64,000 nt of DNA from Patescibacteria group bacterium. Its GTDB lineage: Bacteria; Patescibacteriota; Minisyncoccia; Phycocordibacterales; PALSA-1337. The translations under genes were made by a program, and so were the position numbers. This document shows positions 37,848 through 46,980 of the stretch, one piece after another; the stretch's first letter is position 1, and each line of letters opens with the position of its first letter. The stretch is taken from the NCBI GenBank assembly GCA_040384285.1, contig JAZKJN010000004.1, positions 28,810 to 92,809 of the forward strand. Reading direction: 5' to 3'. The notes beneath the pieces were generated by a model, which saw only the letters and a list, made by a program, of their open reading frames with translations, was not told where the DNA came from and ran no database searches.

Positions 37848-38303
37848 ATGAATTTTACAATCGACTCAACACTTATCGCTCTCGCCATTCTCGTCGTCGC
37901 TGTTTTGGTTCTCGTAGGCATCGTCGTACATATGCATATAAAGCTCAAGAGATTTATGAGCATGTCAGTACCTGGAACACTTTCAACCTCAGTAGAAAAC
38001 CTCGAAGCTTTCCGAGATGAGCTCAAAGAATACCTTGCGACAGTTGAAAAGCGACTGAAAAAAAGTGTGCAAGCAGTACACACCGTACGCTTCAATCCAT
38101 TTAAAGGAACAGGTTCAGGAAGCAATCAAAGTTTTGCCACAGTCTTTTTGAATGAAGAAGGTCATGGAGTGGTCATCTCAAGTCTCTACTCACGCGAACA
38201 TGTCAGCATCTTTTCAAAACCCATCAAAAGCGCCGGATCTGAATATGAACTTTCAGGAGAAGAAAAGGAAGCCATCGCAGTTGCTCACCGCATGACAAGG
38301 TAG
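37848..38303 (+). CDS. DUF4446 family protein (N-terminal TM)
   Basis: VRFNPFKGTGSGSNQSFATVFLNEEGHGVVISSLYSRE...ELSGEEKEAI. Confidence 0.55.
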   Translation: MNFTIDSTLIALAILVVAVLVLVGIVVHMHIKLKRFMSMSVPGTLSTSVENLEAFRDELKEYLATVEKRLKKSVQAVHTVRFNPFKGTGSGSNQSFATVFLNEEGHGVVISSLYSREHVSIFSKPIKSAGSEYELSGEEKEAIAVAHRMTR

Positions 38304-38346
38304 CCCCCCAGAAAAGCTATAGCCAATAAGCGTTTTCTCTGATAGA

Positions 38347-39873
38347 GTGATGATTCACATGGCTAAAAAAGCACCTGCACATAAAGCATCTGGAGCCACA
38401 TCCACACGACCCCCTGTTGTTGTCATCATGGGGCATATTGACCATGGTAAGTCTACCCTTCTCGACTATATTCGAAAGAGCAACATCGTCGCTGGTGAAG
38501 CCGGAGGTATCACTCAGCACCTCGGTGCATACGAAGTTCCACATGGAGATGGAAAAATTACTTTTCTCGACACACCAGGACATGAAGCTTTTTCAAAGAT
38601 CCGACAGAGAGGAGCGAAAGTTGCAGACGTTGCCGTACTCGTTGTTTCTGCTGAAGACGGAGTGAAACAACAGACTCTCGAAGCTCTCAAATCAATTCTC
38701 GAAGTAAAGATTCCTTACATCGTTGCCATCAACAAGATCGACAAGCCTGGTGCAGATGTTGAACGCACAAAACAGAGTCTCGCAGAAAATGAAATCTACG
38801 TAGAGGGTTACGGAGGAGATGTGCCCGTAGTTCCCATCTCGGCTCTCAAAGGTACCGGGATCTCTGAGCTTTTGGATATGGTGATCCTCGTGACTGAAAT
38901 GTCAGATCTTAAAGCGACAGCAAGTGTTACCGCAACGGGAACCATCATCGAAGCAAATCTCGATGCAAAGAAAGGAATCTCTGCCACACTCCTCATCACC
39001 AACGGAACTCTCTCTTCTGGAATGTTTGTGGTATCTGAAGATGCAGTCTCCCCTGTTCGTATCTTTGAAGATTTTAAAGGAGTGGCGATCAAAAGTGCTT
39101 CATTCTCAAGTCCTGTACGCGTGATCGGTTTCAACAAAGTTCCAAACGTGGGTGCAGGTTTTGTCTCATGTTCAAACAAGACTGAAGCAGAAGAAATGGC
39201 AAATGCTTACAAGCTCGCTTCTAAAAATGCTCCGAAGGAAGTTCGTCGTGAAGCAGAAGGAACCATCATCATCCCCGTCATCATCAAGGCAGATGTCATC
39301 GGCTCTCTCGACGGTATCAAACAGGAGCTTGCGAAGATAAAGCACGAGAAAGTTGTACTCAAGATTGTTTCTGAAGGAATTGGAAACATCAGTGAGACCG
39401 ATGTAAAGACTGCACAAGGCGATCCAAACATCACCATCATCAGTTTCAATGCTCCACCCGACTCAAAAGCTCGCAACCTTCTCGAACGAACTACTGTTAA
39501 AGTTGAGCAGTTCGATATCATCTACAAATTGATTGAGTATGTAAAAGATGCTCTCACCGTACGTATTCCAAAGGAGTACATCTCAGAGATTACCGGTACC
39601 GCAAAGATACTTGCCCTCTTTAGCAAGGTGAAGGACCGACAAATACTCGGAGGAAAAGTACAGACGGGAAGTATCAGTGTGGGTGCAGAAGTAAAGATCA
39701 TCCGACGAGAAAACGAGATTGGTGTTGGAAAGATCAAAGAACTCCAACAGCAGAAAGCAAAAACTTCTGAAGTCCGTGAAGGATATGAATTTGGAGCAAT
39801 GATTGAGTCAAAAGTTGAAATGGCCGAAGGCGACAAGATCCAGTGCTTTGTCGTCGTTGAGAAAAAAGGATAA
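38347..39873 (+). CDS. infB: translation initiation factor IF-2 (short form, G-domain onward)
   Basis: VVVIMGHIDHGKSTLLD, DTPGHEAF, NKID; 508 aa. Confidence 0.9.
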   Translation: MMIHMAKKAPAHKASGATSTRPPVVVIMGHIDHGKSTLLDYIRKSNIVAGEAGGITQHLGAYEVPHGDGKITFLDTPGHEAFSKIRQRGAKVADVAVLVVSAEDGVKQQTLEALKSILEVKIPYIVAINKIDKPGADVERTKQSLAENEIYVEGYGGDVPVVPISALKGTGISELLDMVILVTEMSDLKATASVTATGTIIEANLDAKKGISATLLITNGTLSSGMFVVSEDAVSPVRIFEDFKGVAIKSASFSSPVRVIGFNKVPNVGAGFVSCSNKTEAEEMANAYKLASKNAPKEVRREAEGTIIIPVIIKADVIGSLDGIKQELAKIKHEKVVLKIVSEGIGNISETDVKTAQGDPNITIISFNAPPDSKARNLLERTTVKVEQFDIIYKLIEYVKDALTVRIPKEYISEITGTAKILALFSKVKDRQILGGKVQTGSISVGAEVKIIRRENEIGVGKIKELQQQKAKTSEVREGYEFGAMIESKVEMAEGDKIQCFVVVEKKG

Positions 39874-39881
39874 ATAAAAAC

Positions 39882-40211
39882 ATGACATCAGATCGAGATT
39901 ACAAATTGAAGGAATTGATACGAGAAGCTGCGGCTGAGTTTCTTCAGCGCGAGTCAAACTACACTTCCCTCCTTACCGTAACCGACGTCGCAGTGTCTGA
40001 CAGAGGTAACGAAGCAACTATTTTCTTTACCGTGCTTCCCGAGGACAAAGAGAAAGGTGCACTTGATTTCGTAAAGCGAAAGCGTGCAGAATTCCGTGAT
40101 TTCTTTAAAAACAAAGCTCGTATGCGTGCTCTACCCTACTTTGATTTTGCGATTGATAAGGGAGAAAAGAATCGTCAGAAAATAGACGAAATTTCACAAA
40201 GCATCATATAG
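39882..40211 (+). CDS. rbfA: ribosome-binding factor A
   Basis: RDYKLKELIREAAAEFLQRES...LLTVTDVAVSDRGNEATIFFTVL. Confidence 0.85.
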   Translation: MTSDRDYKLKELIREAAAEFLQRESNYTSLLTVTDVAVSDRGNEATIFFTVLPEDKEKGALDFVKRKRAEFRDFFKNKARMRALPYFDFAIDKGEKNRQKIDEISQSII

Positions 40212-40221
40212 AAATAAAAAA

Positions 40222-40634
40222 TGCCGCGTGTATCACTACAACACGCGGCAAATGGAGCGAGAGATTCGGTTTAGTCTTATCGTTAAGAGAATACGGCCTG
40301 CTGCCTTTTTCTAACTGAACGATGGATTCTCAGTCACCCTATGATCACTTGAGTGCTGATACTTGGGAGTACGCTTATCGCCTTACTGACAGGAGCCGAA
40401 GCCACTGCGAGAAAAAGACGAGCTGGTACATTCATCAAAGACCCTGATGGTCTCTGAGAACTCCTCGATTGGATTGCTTTAAAGAAATGCCACCTATTGG
40501 CAAACCCCGCGAGCATATATCCACACCTTAAAGGTATATCGAAGTCCCTCAACCCCGAAGCTTTCGCCTCGGTTTAGACTGTTCCCCACTTAAAGGGAAT
40601 CACGGTGTTTTATTCCACAAGAGCTCTCGCTAAG
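40222..40634 (-). ncRNA. candidate ~410-nt structured RNA of unknown class
   Basis: Minus-strand promoter TTGACT...TATAGT (40642-40668) and a strong terminator GCCGCGTGT-loop-ACACGCGGC + T6 (40222-40255). An 8-bp helix closes the 5' and 3' ends (AGCGAGAG/CUCUCGCU). GNRA (GC-GAAA-GC) and UUCG tetraloop hairpins are present. No credible ORF. Confidence 0.35.
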
Positions 40635-40641
40635 GAGATAG

Positions 40642-40668
40642 ACTATACTGGAAGGAGGCGGAAGTCAA
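40642..40668 (-). promoter_or_regulatory. promoter for the candidate ncRNA (TTGACT, 15-16 nt spacer, TATAGT)
   Basis: Reverse complement reads tttgacttccgcctccttccagtatagtc. Confidence 0.4.
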
Positions 40669-40714
40669 ATATTTCTTTACTTAGTGCCAGATTGTGTATA
40701 ATAGACAGACAAAT

Positions 40715-40788
40715 GGCGTAGTGGCGAAGTTGGTTAACGCAGCAGTTTGCAAAACTGCCATTCACCGGTTCGATCCCGGTCTACGCCT
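40715..40788 (+). tRNA. tRNA-Cys (anticodon GCA), discriminator U
   Basis: GGCGTAG...GCAGT-TTGCAAA-ACTGC...ACCGGTTCGATCCCGGT-CTACGCC-T. Confidence 0.85.
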
Positions 40789-40794
40789 CCGAAA

Positions 40795-41070
40795 TTAATG
40801 TCGTGCGTGAAGTGCTTCCTTTTCGAGAGCGGCTTCTTTTCTTTCTTCTTCCTCAACCCTTCTTTTGACTTCAGTGAGACCAGACTCTTCTCTATGGAGA
40901 TCAAGCTCTATCACAGTAAGCTCCTGCTTCTTTCTATTGAACTCTTGCTCGGCATGTTTAACCTCCATCTCCTTTGCACGAGTCTTTGATTGCAAATCTT
41001 TGATTCTTGCCTCGTGAGAATGCTCTTCTCGTCGAAGTGTATCGAGTGTTGGGCTGTGGTGTTGTGACAT
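40795..41070 (-). CDS. small coiled-coil protein (91 aa)
   Basis: MSQHHSPTLDTLRREEHSHEARIKDLQSKTRAKEMEVKH...; the longer track ORF to 41298 overlaps tRNA-Leu, so the start was moved to Met 41070. Confidence 0.4.
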   Translation of the reverse strand: MSQHHSPTLDTLRREEHSHEARIKDLQSKTRAKEMEVKHAEQEFNRKKQELTVIELDLHREESGLTEVKRRVEEEERKEAALEKEALHARH

Positions 41071-41149
41071 GTTTGTATTTTTTATTGAATAAGCAACCTT
41101 ACGGTTTTTATGCTTACATGATAGCATGTGCAAAGTAGAAATCGAAGAT

Positions 41150-41233
41150 GCCCGGGTGGCGTAATTGGTAGCCGCAGGAGACTTAAAATTTCCCGATCGC
41201 AAGATCATGTGGGTTCGATTCCCACCCCGGGCA
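41150..41233 (+). tRNA. tRNA-Leu (anticodon TAA), type II
   Basis: GCCCGGG...GGAGA-CTTAAAA-TTTCC...long variable arm...GTGGGTTCGATTCCCAC-CCCGGGC-A. Confidence 0.85.
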
Positions 41234-41242
41234 CAGAATTTT

Positions 41243-41282
41243 TGGAATAAAAAAACCGCAGCCGATACCGATCGACGTGCGG
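41243..41282 (-). terminator. rho-independent terminator on the minus strand (CCGCA/TGCGG + T7 ATTCC)
   Basis: Reverse complement reads ccgcacgtcgatcggtatcggctgcggtttttttattcc. Confidence 0.55.
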
Positions 41283-41294
41283 AGCTAAGGATGG

Positions 41295-42068
41295 TCAATG
41301 CTCGAAAGACAATTTCTTCTTCAGGATGTGGAAATTTTCCCGCGCAGCATTTACCTGAGACATCATTCTATTCATTTCAGTGAAGGCATTTTCGATGAGT
41401 TTCTGAGTCTCAAAGAAAAGATGAACGGGATACGGGTAATGCCGTTCCAGAAGTTTTTCCAAAGAAGCAATCGTAACTCGCTCAAAAGAACCTCCGAGCG
41501 AATAATCTCTTCGGAGACCCCTTACCCTTTTCTTTGGAAAATCCCCCGACATTCCATTTGTTTTCTTTGGGACATCGAACTTCCACAGGAAGACACCTTC
41601 TTGAGTGGCCACAAATCTCATATCCCTTGGATCTTTGATCTCAAAGTAAAATGGGGTTTCGCGAGTGAGGGAAGGAGGCATTTTTACGTTTCCCGGATGG
41701 ATGCAGAAATTCGAATCCTGAGGATTGAAAAGGTGTGTCCAAATCGTCCGACTCGAACCCGTGTTACGGAAATACTCCGAATATGCATTTCGAGCAAAAC
41801 ACAAAACAGCAAAGAGAATGCTGGCTTGTGCTTTTGGCGACAACTCATCAATCGACACCCGATCTTTTCCGAGAATGTAGGTCAGGAGCGTGCTATCATC
41901 ATTTTTTTGCCGGTCAAGCATCTGGGGATTCGAAATCTTGAACTCGTCACTCTTGGCGAATTCTTCGACTTGAGCGAGGATCTGCCCACGCGGAACTCCC
42001 CAGCCAAGACGGATAATAGTGGAAGAAGACACTCCGCGAGATGTACGGGCAACTTTAGGCTTAGACAT
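41295..42068 (-). CDS. hypothetical protein (257 aa)
   Basis: ATG at 42068 (MSKPKVARTSRG...). The antisense 284-aa ORF on + is a shadow. Confidence 0.5.
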   Translation of the reverse strand: MSKPKVARTSRGVSSSTIIRLGWGVPRGQILAQVEEFAKSDEFKISNPQMLDRQKNDDSTLLTYILGKDRVSIDELSPKAQASILFAVLCFARNAYSEYFRNTGSSRTIWTHLFNPQDSNFCIHPGNVKMPPSLTRETPFYFEIKDPRDMRFVATQEGVFLWKFDVPKKTNGMSGDFPKKRVRGLRRDYSLGGSFERVTIASLEKLLERHYPYPVHLFFETQKLIENAFTEMNRMMSQVNAARENFHILKKKLSFEH

Positions 42069-42207
42069 AATTTTCCTTTTCTTTCGTTTTTGTTTCAAAC
42101 AACCGTTATTACAGACTGTCCATCAAACTACAGTAAAATTATGGGGATGTAAAGACATATTGCGGAATCACGACTTTACTGGTATATTTTTTGAGCATTC
42201 AATACAT

Positions 42208-42281
42208 GCGCCCATAGCTCAGTTGGTAGAGCAGATCCCTCTTAAGGATAAGGTCGTAGGTTCGATCCCTACTGGGCGCAC
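42208..42281 (+). tRNA. tRNA-Lys (anticodon CTT)
   Basis: GCGCCCA-TA-GCTCAGTTGGTAGAGC...GATCC-CTCTTAA-GGATA...GTAGGTTCGATCCCTAC-TGGGCGC-A. Confidence 0.9.
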
Positions 42282-42310
42282 ACGTGCGCAGACATCACGA
42301 TCGCACATAT

Positions 42311-42392
42311 GCTCGGGTGGCGGAATTGGTATACGCGCCAGTCTTAGGAACTGGTGGAGCAATCCTTGGAGGTTCGAGTCCTCTCCCGAGCA
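42311..42392 (+). tRNA. tRNA-Leu (anticodon TAG), type II
   Basis: GCTCGGG...CCAGT-CTTAGGA-ACTGG...long arm...GAGGTTCGAGTCCTC-TCCCGAGC-A. Confidence 0.85.
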
Positions 42393-42484
42393 CAGACACA
42401 AAAAAGTACAGTTTGATGCTGTGCTTTTTTGATTGACAAATCTTTAAAATAGTTATAATGTGCAATTAGAAGGAGGTGAGAACT

Positions 42485-43117
42485 ATGGCTTCCCCAGCCA
42501 AAAAAGTCTCGCTGAAGAAAAAAACAAGTACGAAGAAAACGGTCCCGCGAACCAAAAAAACCAAAGCAGTAAAAACTCTGGCGCTTGCAAAAGTTCCACG
42601 AAAACCAATTACGAGAAAACCGATCAGAAGAACTCAGACTCATCGGGATAGGGACAGTGAAGTAATCGACGTCTTTCCGATCCCACTGTTTACGAAAGGA
42701 GTTCAAGCTTCCACGGAAATCCCCGATCATGTAAATGGTCAGAATGTCCAATGGTTCGAAGTGGGTCCCCCGATAGAATTGAAGCGACTCAGTATGCCTG
42801 AACCCGAGGTTCAGGCTAGTCAGGAAGAAGTGGCTTCTACACCGGAGCCTGTACCCGCAGCGACACCGGACACTCAAGGGACAAAAGGAAAGTTTACGGA
42901 AAAAGCACAGAAAGCTTTGGGAGTGGATGAGTGGGGCAGGCCCATTAGTCAAAACTCCGTGGTCTTTCAATATCCCTTCAAACCTTCCGAGGTAAACCAC
43001 TACTCGATTACCGTAGCAGGATTTCGGGTTCTTGTGAAAAAGCTCAAGAAAATCATCCGCAGGCTTTTTCGTAAGAGAAAAATTCCAGCAAAAACTAGTA
43101 CGGACACCCTCCAGTGA
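42485..43117 (+). CDS. lysine-rich basic protein (histone H1-like N-terminus), hypothetical
   Basis: AGGAGGTG RBS; MASPAKKVSLKKKTSTKKTVPRTKKTKAVK... Confidence 0.5.
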   Translation: MASPAKKVSLKKKTSTKKTVPRTKKTKAVKTLALAKVPRKPITRKPIRRTQTHRDRDSEVIDVFPIPLFTKGVQASTEIPDHVNGQNVQWFEVGPPIELKRLSMPEPEVQASQEEVASTPEPVPAATPDTQGTKGKFTEKAQKALGVDEWGRPISQNSVVFQYPFKPSEVNHYSITVAGFRVLVKKLKKIIRRLFRKRKIPAKTSTDTLQ

Positions 43118-43284
43118 TCCGTTTTTTTATTGCAATTTTCATACTTTTTAAGTCTTTTCCCCAGTTGCACTTCCCTGTTTTTGTGGTACTATCTCCTCTG
43201 GTCGCTCTTTATAAATGGAAGTGTTTTCCAAGCTTATACGGAGTTCCTCCGACCTCAACCAAAAAACAGTTTGTTTAATTACTT

Positions 43285-43986
43285 ATGGCTGATCAACCAG
43301 CTCGTGTAGCCGTCATCTTGATAGGCTACTATCGTACCGGAAAAGGCACTATTGCCAAAAAGTTCAAAGCCCAAGGGTGTCCGGTCTGGGATACAGGGCG
43401 AGAACTCGCAGCACTTGCGGAAAAAAATCCGCAGGACGCACGCCTCGATCCCGTCCGCAAGGGAACCTTGGTCGCATGTGAGACAGTTATGCGATTCCTG
43501 CGACTATGGATCATTGCGCTCATGCAACAAAACCCGGCCCACAAAATTGCTGTCTTTGATGGAATTTTCCGGAAAGACACTCAATTGGAGGTGATTCAAT
43601 TTCTTCGCGAGCGAGGATATCGAGTTATCGTGATTCATCTTACCACCCCACCTGAGGTGTGTGATGCCCGGCCTCCTCGGCCAGGCCGAATCGAGGATGT
43701 TGATCCTACGATCATCGCAAACCGCCAGGAAAGCTGGGAGAAAAATACCGTGCCGGTCTTTGGTCAACTGGCCTCACATGGCATCTCTCTCGCGCGGGGC
43801 AATCTGATCGAGATCGTTAATCGGGATCAATCCGAAGAACAGACATACCAGCTCGTGTATGAGTTCGTGGAACAGCATCGGGCTGTCTTAGTCCCTCTCC
43901 ACAAACGGCTTGCTCAACCAGCGGTGCCCATCTTCATGACGACCTCTCCCAGCAAGGTCCCTGAGGAATGCTTGAGTACTCGTTAA
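43285..43986 (+). CDS. nucleoside monophosphate kinase (adenylate-kinase-family) with atypical P-loop
   Basis: ILIGYYRTGKGT P-loop, DTGRELAAL (AK STGDLLR-like) and AVFDGIFRKDTQ (AK DGFPR-like). Confidence 0.5.
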   Translation: MADQPARVAVILIGYYRTGKGTIAKKFKAQGCPVWDTGRELAALAEKNPQDARLDPVRKGTLVACETVMRFLRLWIIALMQQNPAHKIAVFDGIFRKDTQLEVIQFLRERGYRVIVIHLTTPPEVCDARPPRPGRIEDVDPTIIANRQESWEKNTVPVFGQLASHGISLARGNLIEIVNRDQSEEQTYQLVYEFVEQHRAVLVPLHKRLAQPAVPIFMTTSPSKVPEECLSTR

Positions 43987-44021
43987 ATACTTCCCGTTTC
44001 CCCTTTAGTTCTCACAGCGAC

Positions 44022-44057
44022 GTCCTGTCAGTCAGGCGTCGCTTTTTTATTGCCTTT
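44022..44057 (+). terminator. rho-independent terminator GCGACG/CGTCGC + T6 ATTGCC
   Basis: agcgacgtcctgtcagtcaggcgtcgcttttttattgcc. Confidence 0.6.
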
Positions 44058-44101
44058 TTCACCTTTACATGCTTTAATTGCTACTCACACATTTAACCCC
44101 T

Positions 44102-45892
44102 ATGGATATACGAAACATTGCGATTATCGCCCACGTGGACCACGGAAAGACCACGCTTACTGACGCCATCATGACCCAGTGTGGACATGGAGACGAAGGT
44201 ACCATGGACTCAAACGCCCTTGAACAGGAGCGAGGTATTACCATCTACGCAAAGAACACTTCGATCATGTACAAAGGTACAAAGATCAACATTGTGGATA
44301 CTCCCGGTCACGCCGACTTTGGATCTGAGGTGGAGCGAGTATTGCGATCTATTGATACCGTGCTTTTGGTTGTCGATGCGCAGGAAGGACCGATGCCACA
44401 GACACGCTTTGTATTGAAGAAGTCTCTTGAGCTTGGATTGAAACCTATCGTCATCATCAACAAGATCGACAAGCCAGCTGCAAACCCAGACCAGTGCCAT
44501 GAGATGGTACTCGAACTCTTTATGGAACTCGGAGCAAACGATGCTCAGCTCGACTTCCCTACCATCTACGCTATCGGACGCCAGGGAGTGGCAATGAAGA
44601 AGCTCGATGATCCTCGAGTCGACCTCACTCCTCTTTTGGATATGGTTCTTGAACATGTTCCACCAGCAAACAAAGATCGAAGTGTCACAGCACCTTTGAC
44701 TGCACAGACTTTCAACCTCGGATACGACAACTTCCTCGGCCGACTTGCTATTGCTCGTGTCTATGACGGAACAATCAAAACTGGTCAAACAGTATTTGAA
44801 AAGAAAATCGATGGAAGTGTACGCAGTGGAAAAATCACGAAACTTTTCATCTTTGAAGGAAAGAAGCGAATTGAAATCCAAGAAGCAGGTGCGGGAGACA
44901 TCGTAACAGTTGCTGGATTCCCTGAGATCTATATCGGAGAAACTTTGACTGACAAGGAGGAGACTCCTGCTATGCCTGCTATCAAGATTGATGAACCGAC
45001 TATCTCCCTTAACTTTTTTGTAAACAGCTCACCTTTCGCAGGACGTGAAGGAAAGTTTGTGACAGGACGACAGATCCGTGAACGACTTGAAAAAGAACTC
45101 GAGATCAACGTAGGACTCAAAGTAGACTTTGGATCAAACGAATATTTCCGCGTCTATGGACGAGGAGAACTCCACATTGCCGTGCTTTTGGAAAACATGC
45201 GACGAGAAGGATATGAACTTCAGGTGTCACAGCCACAGGTTATCGTCAAAGAGATCGATGGAGTAAAGAGCGAGCCGTTTGAAGAGCTTACAATCGATAC
45301 TCCAGAAGAATTTACCGGATCTATTATCGAAAAGCTTGGTAAGCGAAAGGCAAACATGACGGATATGAAAACAAAGGACGGAAGCGCCCGTATGGTTTTT
45401 GAAATTCCTACACGAGGACTTCTCGGATACCGAGGTGCATTTGTGATCGACACAAAGGGTAATGGAATTCTCGCTTCACGATTCCTCGCCTTCAAGCCGT
45501 ACGCAGGAGAAATCGAAAAGCACTCAACAGGATCTATGACATCGATGATGACAGGAAAAGCTCTTGCCTTCGCACTCTGGAATCTCCAGGAACGAGGACG
45601 AGTATTTATCGAACCTACAACAGAAGTCTACGAAGGAATGGTTGTCGGAGATACCTCAAAGGGTGACGATATGGATGTAAACCCATGTAAGGGAAAGCAG
45701 CTCACCAACATGCGTTCATCTGGAAACGATGAACACATCATGCTCACACCTGCATGGAAGCTTGATATCGAAAAAGGACTTGAGACAATGCGAGAAGATG
45801 AATATCTCGAGATCACACCACTCAACGTACGTCTTCGAAAGAAGTTTTTGACCGACAGCGATCGAGCAAAGGCAAAGAGAAAGGATTTGTAG
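44102..45892 (+). CDS. typA: translational GTPase TypA/BipA
   Basis: MDIRNIAIIAHVDHGKTTLTDAIM, DTPGHADF, NKIDK and the EF-G-like domains. Confidence 0.9.
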   Translation: MDIRNIAIIAHVDHGKTTLTDAIMTQCGHGDEGTMDSNALEQERGITIYAKNTSIMYKGTKINIVDTPGHADFGSEVERVLRSIDTVLLVVDAQEGPMPQTRFVLKKSLELGLKPIVIINKIDKPAANPDQCHEMVLELFMELGANDAQLDFPTIYAIGRQGVAMKKLDDPRVDLTPLLDMVLEHVPPANKDRSVTAPLTAQTFNLGYDNFLGRLAIARVYDGTIKTGQTVFEKKIDGSVRSGKITKLFIFEGKKRIEIQEAGAGDIVTVAGFPEIYIGETLTDKEETPAMPAIKIDEPTISLNFFVNSSPFAGREGKFVTGRQIRERLEKELEINVGLKVDFGSNEYFRVYGRGELHIAVLLENMRREGYELQVSQPQVIVKEIDGVKSEPFEELTIDTPEEFTGSIIEKLGKRKANMTDMKTKDGSARMVFEIPTRGLLGYRGAFVIDTKGNGILASRFLAFKPYAGEIEKHSTGSMTSMMTGKALAFALWNLQERGRVFIEPTTEVYEGMVVGDTSKGDDMDVNPCKGKQLTNMRSSGNDEHIMLTPAWKLDIEKGLETMREDEYLEITPLNVRLRKKFLTDSDRAKAKRKDL

Positions 45893-46020
45893 AAGACTGA
45901 AAAACCTCTGAGAAATCAGGGGTTTTTCTTTTGGCTTCGTATACTTGATTTATTTTAGAGGTGTGGTATAGTGCGGAAAGTTCAACGTCTGCAACAATCA
46001 AACAATTCGGTAACAGTTCT

Positions 46021-46821
46021 ATGAAAAAACAATTGTCCAAACGCCAGATTGCAAAAATCATGGCACTTTCCCTCGTCAGCTTCAGCATCCGCGAGCTCAC
46101 ATTTTGGACCACCCGCTCAGAGCGGAAAGGTCCGATCGCCTTGCGAGAATTCGACAAGGAACAAAGTAAGCAGGCAAGGGTAGATCAAGAGGCTCGGAAT
46201 GCTCTCCTCTTGAAATACCGCTTACACGCAGAGATGCAACCCAAAACCCTTGGTCGACTGATCGCCGCGTATCCCTACAGACTTACCAACCAACACATGA
46301 CCAAAGATCATGGTGATGGACGGAAGCTGGGTGACAAAACCATTCGTGAACTCAAGGAAAAGGTCCGTAAGCTCGGACTCACCCCTGACCACTGGGTGGC
46401 ACTTGCCCAGCCCAGCAAGATCCTCGAGGGAATGACTAACAAGCAAAAGATGCTCGAGCTACCACTTCATGTGGCATTTCGGTGCAATCAGTATAAGATT
46501 TGTACGTTTCTCAAATGTCATCAGGACGAAGTGGCAGAGAAAACCCTCGATGATCTTCTGCAGATCAATCCCTTGGAAATCGACGAACACCGTGAATTTT
46601 TTCGCCACCGTTATTTTCGAGATCACCGCACATCGTTCATGGCACTCAAACAACTACTTGTGAGCAAGGGCTTTACGGTGAGGGATGGGAAGTTCTTCCT
46701 CTGGAGACCAGAGATGACTGCCATGAAGAAGGCACAGGAACTTCTCATGGGATATACCCTTACGAGAACAGAACGAGCACGCTTCGCTGAAATCATCGTA
46801 GCGCGCCGTTGGGTGACCTGA
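46021..46821 (+). CDS. hypothetical protein (266 aa)
   Basis: ORF followed by terminator 46842-46882. Confidence 0.45.
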   Translation: MKKQLSKRQIAKIMALSLVSFSIRELTFWTTRSERKGPIALREFDKEQSKQARVDQEARNALLLKYRLHAEMQPKTLGRLIAAYPYRLTNQHMTKDHGDGRKLGDKTIRELKEKVRKLGLTPDHWVALAQPSKILEGMTNKQKMLELPLHVAFRCNQYKICTFLKCHQDEVAEKTLDDLLQINPLEIDEHREFFRHRYFRDHRTSFMALKQLLVSKGFTVRDGKFFLWRPEMTAMKKAQELLMGYTLTRTERARFAEIIVARRWVT

Positions 46822-46841
46822 CCCAACGAACTACAGTCTCA

Positions 46842-46882
46842 CCCCAGCGGGTCCTCACGGATTCGCTGGTTTTTTTATTTCC
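46842..46882 (+). terminator. rho-independent terminator; near-identical copy on the minus strand at 60421-60459
   Basis: ccccagcgggtcctcacggattcgctggtttttttatttcc. Confidence 0.65.
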
Positions 46883-46980
46883 ATGTCTTAATATTGAAAA
46901 TTCTTGCACGAAAAAGACATGCTATTTATAATATACTCAACATACGTACCCAATGTTATTTATGAGATAATTATAAAAAT

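Noticed and set aside
40212-40714. RNase P RNA or tmRNA identity for the rbfA-tRNA-Cys spacer
   Set aside because: I could not find the universal P4 (AGGAAAGUCCGGGC / ACAGAAnCCGGCUUA) or CR-II/III motifs, and there is no tRNA-like 3' domain or GGGG 5' end. It is kept only as an unclassified ncRNA candidate.
40795-41298. 167-aa minus ORF
   Set aside because: The upstream half overlaps tRNA-Leu(TAA), so only the distal 91-aa part from Met 41070 was kept.
41298-42152. 284-aa + ORF
   Set aside because: It is antisense to the 257-aa minus-strand gene, which has an ATG and a matching terminator; there is no RBS or promoter logic on +.
42019-42432. 137-aa + ORF and 60-aa - ORF across the Lys/Leu tRNAs
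   Set aside because: They read straight through two clear tRNA genes and are artefacts of the stop-poor tRNA sequence.
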